Under the pieces are notes generated by a model, which was not told the DNA's origin, did no database searches, and worked only from the letters and a program-made list of their open reading frames with translations. Shown piece by piece: positions 42,681 to 54,739 of a stretch of 64,000 bases of DNA; position 1 is the stretch's first letter, and every line of letters begins with the position of its first letter. The position numbers and the translations under genes are program-made. Source of the DNA: the human T2T-CHM13v2.0 reference genome, Homo sapiens. The DNA lies in the NCBI RefSeq assembly GCF_009914755.1, contig NC_060934.1; one strand, given 5' to 3'.

Positions 42681-43224
42681 AGCATTCACATAGCATTAAG
42701 TACTGAGAGAAGGAATTACGTGGACTTGCTAGAGAAAGCTAAAATCTTTCATCATTTTACTTTTTAAAAGGTCAGCTCCTCCCCACCGAAAAAAAAAAAC
42801 TGTATCAAAATGTATAGCCAAGTCAAGCATTCACAGCCAGTGTGTCTATAATATCAGATTTGCCATTAAATTAGAAAAGGAATCTATTCCTGAGGAACAA
42901 CTGAGCTGAAAGCTGAATGATCGCAGGTTACCTCTTGCTCACTGAATCACCAGGTGCAGATTCCATGTCTCACTGAAGATGAAGAGGTGGGTGGATGAGA
43001 GAACAACCAAAGCACTACTTAAGGTAAAGGGTGCAATGTGACAGGCACATGTTAATGTCCTCGCTTTTCTACAAGGAGATGGAGCTTCCAGCTAAGAGTA
43101 CGTCCTCCTCCACCATCATCAGAAATCAACTCAAGATAGGATTATCTAAAATATAAACTCCAAAAGGTCTGAGTTTTTCCGTCCTACTTTAAAGTCCATT
43201 GAACAAGCCCTTCTGTGCAGTCTG

Positions 43225-43445
43225 GGAATAGGATCACTTTGGGTGACAGTCTCTGTTCTGCCACTGACCTCCTGTGTCTATTTGGCAATTCATTTAGCCT
43301 CTTGGAACCTCAGTTTCCTCCTGTATGTAATGACAATAATAACACCTACACATGACATTTCTGTGAAAAATTAAGTGAGATGATGAATGTAAAGCATCTA
43401 CCCCAAAAGTTGGCCCAGATTGGGACTCAATTTATTCACTAATGT
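43225..43445 (+). mobile_element. MIR
   Basis: TCTGCCACTGAC...AACCTCAGTTTCCTCCTGTA...TTAAGTGAGATGATGAATGTAAAGCA. Confidence 0.75.
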
Positions 43446-46400
43446 TGGATGGTAAATGTCAAATCCCAGAACAACTAGAAGCAAAGAGGTACACAGAAAT
43501 CAAGCAGTCCATCATGTGCTATGAGAAATGTAACATTAAAGATGTCATCATGGAAAAATAGAAGTCAAGTAAAACCCTCTGTTAACAAATCTTGTAATAC
43601 AATTGCCAGTGAGAAAGGGGCAGAGTGGTGAATTGAAATACTAAACTTAACTCCGGCATAAAAATATGAAAAAGAGATATTAACACCCGTCACCTACTTA
43701 CTACCTACAAAGGATTTTATAAAGATTAATGCTACAGCACTTTAAAATCCCTTGGAAATAAGGAATAAACACATACACCATTATGCATACATATAAAGGC
43801 AAATATATATTTTAACACTCTAAGGATTACTATATAAATTTAGATCAGGGCACAGCATGCCTGGGATGAGTAGGGTGGGAACAATATGTTCTTGCTTACG
43901 ACACCAAGCTCATGACAAATGATTCATACCCAGCACCTTTCATGCCAGAAGATCCCCCCAGGTGTTCCACCAACTCTAGCAACAGTTTCCATCAATCGAG
44001 ACTGCAGTACAGAGGAATCACATCACACCCACAGACGAGGCAAAACAGACATGTCTTTATACAACTGCTCAAGTCCAACAGCTGAGGGGGCAGGAAAGTG
44101 AAGGGAAGGAGGTGAGTGAACCATCCAGAATTCCTCACCAGATTGACAAGCAGCCTATAATTACCATGCATTTGCACCTTGAATGCAGGTGTTGTCATAA
44201 TCAGAGACTCTTCATAGCAAAGGCTTTTTGCTAAAGGTGAGAAGGGTTCACAGGATGTGCACTGCCTGTGGTCCTGAATGGGTCTGGGGGCAGATTTATA
44301 GGGGAGGACATCTAAATGTGAAAAGATAAGAGTCCCCCATGCCCCTCCACCACTCCAATCTGGCCCTCGGGTTTAAATTAGTGGATTTCCCACCCTGGGG
44401 TAAAGTGAAGTGCTGTTGAGAGTTCCAAACAAGTGTATGAGGCTGTAAAGTCACACTGCCCTCTTATGTATAGCCTGGCTCCTAATTCTCTGTAGTTAAT
44501 CTGACCGGCATAGCCCCCACTTTAGAGATGAAAAAATCCACATTCAGCGGACACTCAACTTGCCTCGGTCAAACCACAAATAAGCAGAACTAGAATTCAG
44601 GTCTCCACTCTGCTTTGCATTCTACAAAACGGCCAAAAAAAAAAGTTTATTTATGCTTTCTTTCCCTTTAAAAAATATTTTAAACTTTCTCTGAGTCTGG
44701 TCCAGATACGTAGGACTGGCTTTGTTTTGGAGGACATAGATAAAGACTATTTCTCTTTCTCCACTATCTGTATGTATATACTTAAAAAAGAAAAAGAAGA
44801 AACACCTTTGTGTGTGATGACCAGAGCAGAGACTGGGTCAGAAGAGGTCTTTATGGAATAAGAGACTTCAGGGGGCAGAAATCTCACCTCATTAGTTAAC
44901 ATGATTTGAGTGATCAAAACTTTAACACTCATCACCTCATTTCCTACGTTATCTCAGACCTGCCTGCATGTTCAATGCCCTGACCCTAATAAGCCCTACT
45001 AGAATTATAAGCACCATTTATTATTATTTTTTAATGCTGGCAGTGCTTGGCACCATTTCCTAAACAGAGGTTAAAAATTTGCCAAAGATGTATTCTACTT
45101 TTCTCTTTCTTTCCAAGATCTTTCAAGAGATGAGCTAAAAGAAGAGGTCTAATGGGTGAGTGATATTTTACAGCTTGAATTACATTAAAAGCCAGAAACA
45201 TTCTGAGTCCAAAGTCTTTTACTTCTTAATACAACAAGAGCTAACATGTTTGATGTGTTTCAAATCTCCCCTTAAAGCCAGAAGCTTTGAGTTAATCACT
45301 TAAAGCAGTGTGAAAGTTATTCAATCAGTTTAAGAAGATTCGAGTTCAAATTAGAGGATTAATTTTAGTGGCTATGATATGAAAGATATAATGGTTAAGG
45401 TAAGGAATGAGGGCAAGGGTCTCCAGAACTTGAATGGAAAGAATTTCAGCTTCATTTATTTGATCAAACCACTCCTGAGAACCATATAAAATCACAGACT
45501 CTGTCATGAAGGAGGAATTGTAGGGAAAACCCTGCTACTACTCTCAGGACAGATACATCAATGCTAAATATTATCTATCATGATGTGCCTTAATACAATT
45601 TATATCTGTGTACCCAAGGAATTCATGATGACAGATTAGTATTTTAAAATGTTCACAACTCTCATTAAAAAGCTGACAATGAGCACAACTCACTAAAGTG
45701 GCACTTCTCTGGGAAGGTTTCTGGGAATTACATCACAACAGAAAACGTTTTGAAAGGTTCCAGACTGCGTAAATTGTGCATATTACAAACACTACAATCT
45801 CAATTACCTGGTTGAAGCTGTAAAACTTGAAATTTTTTTCCCCCATTTTACCCATCCTTGGTTGTTATGTTCTTGTCTATGTCTGGAGAAGTTTCCACAC
45901 TTTAAAATCACTTTTAGTTATTACAATCAAAGCTGGTTCTCTACTATTTCAACTCACTGAAGTTTCTAGGTTCAATTTAAACAGGAATAGCTCCCTCAGA
46001 TTGCAGACATGCAAGCTTTTCTGAAAATCTAAAACCTTTCCTGATAGGACCAAAGCTCATGGACTTGCATCCTAAGTCCCCTGGAATCCAGCCTCCTGGA
46101 ATTGAGCAATCCCTTTCCTGCCTTCATAAAGGGAATGTTAAGTCTTTATTTGTGCTCTTCATTAGAGGAGGTCAGGCAATGGGGGAGAACAGGGAGTTGT
46201 TGTCACTGGGATATATCTGATCTTCCTGGGACTGACCATGCCAGAGAACAACCGCTCATTCACGGGCTGGAAAGCCCCAGTTCTCAAAACACCCTCGCTT
46301 AGCGCTGTTAGAAGATGCTGGAGAGTTCCTGCCCTGAAACTTGCATCCACTTGGTCCCTAAAGCAGAGGATACACTAAAGAACACCTTATATACTCTCCA

Positions 46401-46911
46401 CTGCAGTTCTCCCTTGTGGAGAAGAAGGGGTTAGGAGCTCCGCATGAAATTAAAATAAAATAAAATAAAACGCCTACATATATGGGTCTTCTTAATCTTC
46501 TTTGAGCCAGTACATAGGTCTGGCAAGTAAAGGGAAAGTCACTTGAGGGGATGTCAGCTTGCCTGGAAATTTAACCCTTTCATCTCTGTATTAGGAGAAC
46601 TTTAACCCCTCTGTTTACCTGGTCTTCAGTTCCACACACCAATGCGACCAAGGCAACAGGAAATAGGGATTTGACTCCTCAGTTTGAAGCTGTGGCATTT
46701 GGAGAGGACTCTGATGGTGTTGGTGGGAGAGATGGGGAGGTTGGTCTCCTAGTAGGTGATGTTAACTCTTGGGGGAAGTGGGCAGAGACCAGTTTGCAGC
46801 ATCTCCCATGTCCAGAAACCCTATTTCCCCCCAATTCTCCATCAGATCACACAGCCGACTTTAACCCTTTCCATCTTTCCACCCCTTTGCCCTCAGTCCC
46901 ATTCTACTCAC

Positions 46912-47469
46912 GCTGCTGTTGTGGCCAGACCAGTGGACCATGGCTTGGTTGTGTGCTGAGTCTCCCGTCAGCGCAAACGTGGTGCTGGTCAGTCTCAGCT
47001 CCTCCATCCGGAAGCGGGTGGCTTTGTCCGGGTCCCGCTCCCGAGTCCCAGGCTCCTGCTGCCCTCCATCTCTTAGCACTCCCCGGGGGCTCCGACTCGC
47101 GCCCTCTCCCCGTTCTGCCTTCTCCTGATCCGCTCCGCTCCGTCTCCTCCGGCCGGAGCGTGCAGCAACCGCCATGGATGCCCCAGTGCCCCGAGCCCGC
47201 TCCAGGGATAGCGCTCGGTCCCCGGGGGCCACTGAGAACAGGGGACGCACTACGAGGGGCAGGGGCGTGGCAGGAGCCCTGCCTGGCCGCCCCTGGTGGG
47301 AAAAGCCCCTAGGGGTCGAGGCCGAGCGTGGAGCCGAGCTGGGGTGCGGCGAGGGGCAGCAGGAGCCGCCGCCGCAGACGCCCGGGGCGCAGAGGATCAA
47401 GAGCCCCGCGCCGGCGAGGAGCGCGCTCAGCCGGGCTTGGGAGCCGCCGCCGGCGCCAACTTTTCCCAT
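46912..47469 (-). CDS. SORCS1: SORCS1 coding exon 1 (aa 1-186: signal peptide, propeptide, furin site, start of VPS10 region)
   Basis: Translation MGKVGAGGGSQARLSALLAGAGLLILCAPG...RSGRRRRSGADQ...FALTGDSAHNQAMVHWSGHNSS matches the human SorCS1 N-terminus as I recall it. ATG is in strong context (GCGATGG). RRRR (aa 107-110) is encoded at 47140-47151. Coding part ends AAC AGC AGC|GTGAGT (558 nt, phase 0). Confidence 0.97.
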
Positions 47470-47556
47470 CGCGGGAGCGAAGAGCAGCGGAGAGAGGGGT
47501 CCCAGAACGAAGGTGGCGGCACGAGCTCTGCGCTGGCGGCTGTGGGGGGCCGGCGC

Positions 47557-47574
47557 TCAGGACCCCAACTCCAT
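47557..47574 (-). other. 5-codon upstream ORF (MELGS*) in the putative SORCS1 5' leader
   Basis: ATG GAG TTG GGG TCC TGA, starting 105 nt upstream of and in frame with the main ATG. Requires a TSS upstream of 47574. Confidence 0.55.
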
Positions 47575-48227
47575 CCAAGTTGCGCCGCGGTGGGGGCGGG
47601 CGGAGGCGGCGCCGGGCAGGTGGCGGCCGCTTGCCCGGGCTGGGCTTGTGCCGAGCGCGGGTCCGGACGGAGCGAGCCGCCGCCGCGCGGGGGTGGAGCT
47701 GAGCTGAAGTCACTGGCGGAGCGGGCGCGGGCGCTGGCGGGCGACGCGGGAGGGAGGGCAGGCGCTGCCGGGACTCCGGGCGCCGCGTCCCGCGGCCGAG
47801 CTGCGCTGCGCACCGGGTCTCCGGGCGCTGGAGGCGCCGCCGGCGACCTCCCCTCGGCCTCGCAGGCGCTGCCGCCGCCTCTCCCCGCCGCCCACTCTGC
47901 GCCCCCGCGGCCGCGGGTCCCGGCGCTGAGTCCGCGCACCCTGCCCGCGGGGGCGGTCGACCCCGGGCTCCCGGAGCAGTCGATGTGTCGGGAGCTTCCT
48001 ATTCCTGCTTTATTGTTTCTATGAGTCTATGTTGCTGTTTCCTTTTTTCTCCGTCTTTCTGGTCTTTTCTAGTTGAGGAGATAGGGATGGGTGGGCTTCT
48101 GCTCCTTCCCTCTCTTATGCTTCCTGAGTTGGCATCTTGACCTTACCCGCAGCAGAGCCTGTGTGTCCCAGCCTGGGGGGAGATCCCGGAAAGGCAGCAG
48201 CAGAGAGTGATGTAATTAAATGATCTC

Positions 48228-48229
48228 GT

Positions 48230-48275
<46 letters not shown>
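48228..48275 (+). repeat. (GT)n microsatellite, 20 uninterrupted units at 48236-48275
   Basis: Read directly. Confidence 0.97.
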
Positions 48276-48277
<2 letters not shown>

Positions 48278-50439
48278 GTTTGGGGGATTTTTTTTCCCAT
48301 CAATTTTAACGCTTAGATTTCTCTCCTAACCTCCTAAAGCATTCACTGAATTTGAACCCAATCTTCCTGCATGCAATCATATTTAAGAAAACGCTTTCCA
48401 CTACGCGTTTTTTAAGCGTATATATCTTGGTTTCCCTAAGAGACTGCAAACTCATTGAGGACAGGAAGATCAAATTTCGAGCAACTTGGAGGAAGTGACC
48501 TGTTTTTTGTTTACCATTTTCCTCAGTACGTGGCACAGTACCCTACATGGGAGGAAATCTGCCAGTCATTAGTTCAATAAATATTTATTGTGAGTCTAAT
48601 GCATATCTGCATAACAAATAAATACAGGAAAGGAGGCACAGTACTTATAGTTATTCTGTGTCACTTGGTGCCTGGCCCAGTGCTACTGCCACATGCTTTG
48701 AGATCCCTAATAGCAAGTCTGTGATGGTGCTCTGCCACTGGTTTGCTTTGGGACCTCAGACAAATCACAATCTCTCAGCTTCCTAAGCTTTAAAATTAAA
48801 TGGTCACATTAGATGACCTTTAAAATCCCTTCCGCTCCTAAAATTCTATAATTGTATGATTATAGTATCTGCCCAGCCTAGCACCCTGCTACTATTCGTA
48901 AGTTCAGATGAAGATTTATAGCAGGTGAATGGGCTTTGAAAACGGCAAAGAATTTCTCAAAATCCAATCCTTTTTAAAGTAGACAGTTTGCTTCTAAGGG
49001 TTGAAATGGTTTCAGATTTCTTTGCAGTCTTCATATACGTAATATTCTCTTAGGTACATGTTATTACATTATTTAATGAATATTTACTGATTGAATAAAT
49101 GAATGACACAACAAAATAGTACCGATTCCAGTTTCTAGTTACATTTTTGTTCATTTTCATACTAGAATAATAACCTCACTGAAAAATCTGTATACCGTGT
49201 TTGCGATGAGGCCAAGTTCAAAGTAATACAGAGTGATAATTACTCTTCAATTAATGAAATTCTTTCTAATGTCCAAGAAAACGTCTGTTATATCAATCCA
49301 ATCCAGAGAGGTGTTGTAAAATATCGGCCTAAGTTCTTGTTCTTACGACCAGCGCAGAAAAAGTGCAAATGCAAGGAGGGCAGGCTTCTCAGCCATTAAA
49401 CTTGAGTACCTAAAAGGACCTAAAAGAGTGTCCTGTTTGTCGTTAAAGAAGAAATACAAGCAAAAGCTCCTTTATGCCTGAATCCTCCAAAACAGAAAGG
49501 CTGTCTGGCAGGCTATGGCCTCTAGATGGAGGAGAGGAGAGCCAGAGGTCCTCTCTCCTCCTCAAATTGCAAATGTTCTTTGTCAAAACCCAGAGCGGTA
49601 GTTTTTTCTTTCCTCAGAAAGGTTTTTAGAGCTTTGCAGGATCATTTACTTAATGACTTCTTTCTATGCCCTGCTAACCTCCTTTCCAGTCTGGATAAGT
49701 ACATGGGAATTCCTCCAAGAAAGGAAAAGCAGATTAAAGAATCAGAACCCAAATAAATTATCATCCAAATATAGGCTGGAAGAAGCAAAATGGAAAAGAA
49801 GACATTAGTGGATTCAGATTTCCTGGCTTTAGTCTATCATTGCCCTACCACCATTTATGTTATTTTGGTTTCAAAATGGAAGCGCTTCCTGAAGAATGCT
49901 CGTACAAGTAGAGTAGATTTTTCCTTCCCAGAATTTACAACCTCTTTTCAAACACACCTGTCAGAATGATCCCTTTAAAGTGAAAGCATTTGCAGTCCAT
50001 TTGCTGGGAGTTCATAGAGAGCAGGCAAGTTTTTAATGCCTGATTTTAATTATTCATTTGAGACAGAAGTTACACAAGTGTGGATGACATTGGCTGCAAG
50101 CCGTATTGTTCATATGTAGATAGATGGATTCATTTTATTTCTTATGGCTCTGCTCCCCGTTTACTTTTGCCAACAAACAGAAGTGGAAAGTACCAGTAAT
50201 TTCCTAAATTATTCCCCTTATCCAGAAGACTCCAATAAATAGGCTAATCATGGAGGGGAGTCTATTTCAAGATGTTTTCAATCCAACAACCCACTAAGCA
50301 ATCCAATAGATTTTTATTAATATAATATAATAAGAATGAGTCATTTGTTAGGAAAGTAATTGATATCAAAGGCTAGTAGAGAACATAAATCTGTAATTCC
50401 AATAAGGAGTCTTTTCATTGTGCACGTGACAAATATGCC

Positions 50440-51500
50440 ACGACTTCATCTAAGTTATCATCATTTCTCATCTGGACTACCACAACAGCCTCTTACTGCT
50501 CACTCTACTCCATAATTGCACTGTTCCGTTCCTTCTCTCCAATAGTCATCTCCAAAGATGACACAAGTACAAGGGCACAAGCACACTCAGGTGATCCATT
50601 TTTGTGCAAGATGAAAATAATAGAATTTGGTGATATATTTAGTTTTAATCAGAAAGATTAAAATTTAGCCTTGCTAAAATATTTAATTATTGATTAATAT
50701 ACCTATGTTATATACAGTTTTATATACAATATAAACATATGTATATATATTCATATATATGCATATATATGTATAAAGAGAGAGACAGAAGCAGATAGAG
50801 AAAGAAGCAGAGGCAGAAAGACAAAGAATATGAACATTTAGTCATTGTATACTGATTGGTGTGCACAATCAAAAAAGTGTGGACACTCTGCCCTACAAGG
50901 CAGCAAAAGTAGTCTTTCAAAAGGATAAAAAATATAATTTATTGTAACTGCTTAATACTTCCTGCCAGCTTACCATCACAAACAGAATAATATCCAAACT
51001 CCTTACCATGGCTGACCAAGTACTCACTTCTCCATCACATTTGGCAGGATTCTCTACCCTCATCCTAATACGCCAACCATTAGGGGCTATCCTTTTCGCT
51101 GATGTGCCCAGTTTTTTCCAATTCGTGACCTTTGCACATGCTGTTCCGCCTGCCTAGAATGTCCACCGTCCAACCCCACTTCATATGGCTGACTCCTCTT
51201 TTTTGAGACCTTCACTTTAAATATACAACCTTAGAGAGACTTTTCCTGAACCTCTGCCTACAGAAGAAATTTATTCCACATTTTCTGTATCAATCTCTTG
51301 CCAGATCTTTCTAAGCGTATATTACAGCATTTAATTATTTTACTTAAACCTGTTTTTTGTTAATAACTTCCAAAAAATCCACATGTGGATAAAGGCCCTA
51401 TGCTCCTTATTTCAACATTTATTTTCAACATTAACCTCATTTCAACATTTCTTTCAGTGCCTAGTTAATTAAGTGCTCAATAAATAATGGCTGGTTAGCT
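50440..51500 (+). mobile_element. L2 fragment(s), interrupted at ~50550-50910
   Basis: TCTCATCTGGACTAC...TCCAAACTCCTTACCATGGC...CCTTTGCACATGCTGTTCC...GTGCTCAATAAAT. Confidence 0.75.
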
Positions 51501-51529
51501 GGGTGGCACCAGTATAACAAGCCTAGGAG

Positions 51530-51790
51530 CACAACTCTTAGTAACTAGTACTTTGTAAATCAGACATATACTCTATGCCAGAAACTATGCTATGGAGTTT
51601 AAATGTACCAGCTCATGCCTTTTTTTTTTTTTTTTTACAAAGCTTATATCAGATAAGTACTATCATTCTCCCCACTTCACAGATGATATTAAGTAACTAG
51701 GGTCACACAGCAATTAGTGCAAAGAGACAAGGTTTCTACGTAGGCACTCTTATTCCCAGTATGTTCTTGATTTTATGAAATACTGTTTTA
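51530..51790 (-). mobile_element. MIR
   Basis: CCCACTTCACAGATGA...AAGTAACTAGGGTCACACAGC. Confidence 0.6.
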
Positions 51791-53827
51791 CTCCAAATCC
51801 AACTAATAACAGATAACACTTATTGATGATTTTCTATGTGTCAGGCACTCTAATTGGCTTGAAACATTTTTAGTAATGCTGAGCAAGCAATTTTGGGAAT
51901 AAGTGTGCACTTTTTTTAGGCTGAGGGGAATATATATACTCCCCATTTCTATTTGCTTTTATTTTGTGTGTGGGAAGTAATGTTAAAGAGAATGGTATAA
52001 CCACTCCCCACATAATCTTACAGCATAAGCTACAGGTTAACTGTCTCATTGGTTTTTTGTCTTCCCTTTTTCCTAAGTCTCTTGATTTCTGATGGCTACT
52101 TTGGCTTCAGTTTGCACTAAATCACATTTATATGCCTCATCGTTTGAACAATGTCTTTTAATAGTTCTCAAAATATTTGGCTCCCCTTGGATACCATTGA
52201 GACAAAGTGTCTTGTCTTGCATTTCAGATCAATTTCATGAAGAACCACAGAAAGAAAACTGGGGAGAATAATATGCAGGCTATTCTCATTGCCTGCCAAC
52301 AGAATGATGGGATTTTTAAAATCTGTCCCTTAAAATACTTTCAGGTATCAACAAATACAGACCTAGCTCTGAATCCAGTAATTGTACCCGTTCTCATACA
52401 CCCAATCAAAGTGGTGTTAGTAGGAGCACATAAGCCCTCTTATCTTTAAAAACAGGGCTAAGATTATCTACCTAACTCATAAGGATGTTATGAAAGTTAA
52501 TTCTACCTTGGACACCCGTTGAAGATAACAAAACTATCTTGGATTTGTGTACCCTCTGTCTCATCACACCTCTAAACAGTTTTTGTTTTGCATTTTTCCC
52601 CCTAGTTTAATAAATCTTGCAGCAGCTCCGAAAGATAGGTAGGGGGCAGTTTTTGCCTGTATCTTACAGAATACAAATAAATTTATCTAAGGTCACAGAC
52701 TCAGAGACAAGACTTAGAGCAGATTGTCTTTTTATCCTTTTCCCCCCTGTTTTGTCCAATTCTGTTCCCAATTTGTATATTCATGAATTAAAATTCCACA
52801 TTATTTTTGTGTAGCTATTATGCAGTGCTTATACAATCATTTCAGGTTTCAAAGGATAGTTTGCATAATTAAATAGGAAAAGAGAAGCATGAAATAATAT
52901 CACTGTCATTATGTAAACTCACATATGCATATATATTTTTCCAATTTTAATATTCATACTTAAAGTGAAATAGATAAAAATATACTATGATTAAATAAGT
53001 TTATTTAAAGATTGTATTATTAGATTTTTGAAAATATACCTTTACCAAAAAGTCTGAGAATGCATTAACATAACTTTATTATAGTCTTAAAATGATCTGA
53101 AAACTGTAAAATGTAACTTCTGTGTTCTCTGTTTTCTGTCTTTCTCTAGCCTGTAAGTCTAATATAAAAAGGCTTTGATGTACTAAATCATGAAACCAAC
53201 TTCATAACATGTTTTCTGGTCCAACTTCCCTAGAAATACAAATAGGAAAAATAAACTCAGTTTATTTTAAACTAAACTTGGAGCTACATTTCACTTTTGT
53301 TGCTTCAGGAATACTGACTAGAGGAGAGAAGACAAAAGAAACAAAATGCTACCTCAAAAAACTCTTTAAAGGCCAATGATTGCAAAACCAAAAGCTTCTA
53401 TATGATAAGAAGTCTTTGGTTATATTTGTCCCCTGTAACAAGAACCTATCCAAAGATGAATGAGGTTAATATAAAGCCCAATTCAGTAGACTTCTGTGGC
53501 ATAATATTCCAGCAGAATACAACTCTATAAAATGTACAGTAGCCACTGAAAAACAAGGTCTTTGGGACCTCTCACTCAGAGCAAAGAGTATCTTACAGAA
53601 GAAGGAGGAAACAAATCAAAGAATCAGTAGCACAGTTGGACAGACATTAACTATTTTATGCTGCTTCCCATTTCTCTGTTTGATCTGGACCAAGAGCAGG
53701 CCTCCAGTCCAGATATTCCCAACAGTATGCTAAGCTCTGGTAGTGGCACAGAGGGACACCAAAGAGGAAAAGAAGAGAGGCGGTCAAAGGCACAAAGTCT
53801 GTTGTGTCTGTCTGTCTTGTGCTGAGA

Positions 53828-54030
53828 GGCAGTACAGTGTGGGGCTTAAAATCCTAAACTTGAAAGTCAAAATCCTGCTTTTAAATCCCGTGCATGTCAC
53901 TCACTAACTGTACATTATCATTTGACTTTTGGAATCCCTATTCCTTAATCTGCAAAATGTAGGTTATATCACCTTCCTCATGTGAGACTGATTTACCTGA
54001 GACAGAGTGAACACTCAATACATGTTAGCT
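53828..54030 (+). mobile_element. MIR
   Basis: GGCAGTACAGTGTGGGGCTTAA...TTCCTTAATCTGCAAAATG...CACTCAATACATGTTAGCT. Confidence 0.65.
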
Positions 54031-54369
54031 GTTAAAGTTGCTTCATACTTCAAATACCAACTTCAGTTTGACACTGTTCTTCAACATGCTTCTCTAGATG
54101 GGAGACAAGGAGTTAAAATCCATGTATATTTTTTAAAAATCAACTTATTTCCAGCTAGGGTAAAAACACAATTTAAAGACCACCATACCCCAGCAGATAC
54201 AAAAAGAAGAGTAGAGAACAGGTGTTGGAACGCAGAAGGTTCACTCTGGAAGCAAATTGAAAGGATGGGATAAACTACCACCTTCTTAGTTATTGCCAAT
54301 CCGGTGTTCTGTGTAAAACACTGTACCATCAATCTGCATCTTTGCAAGCTTCTAGGACATCAACAGTAG

Positions 54370-54739
<370 letters not shown>

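Larger units (their letters stand above)
46900..47990. promoter_or_regulatory. CpG island / SORCS1 promoter and 5' leader
   Basis: Abrupt GC- and CpG-rich block in AT-rich, CpG-depleted flanks. GC boxes (e.g. GGGGGCGGG near 47592). No obvious TATA box. TSS cannot be fixed from sequence alone. Confidence 0.93.

Noticed and set aside
46671-48024. Long overlapping ORFs around exon 1 (213, 177, 242, 134 and 170 aa)
   Set aside because: Ala/Gly/Pro/Arg-rich products expected from stop-poor GC-rich DNA. Several start at GTG/TTG and none resembles a known domain.
49515-49535. CTCF-like TGGCCTCTAGATGGAG (and GCACTAGTGGGGCAG near 7562)
   Set aside because: Mismatches at core positions. Not supportable without a PWM scan or ChIP.
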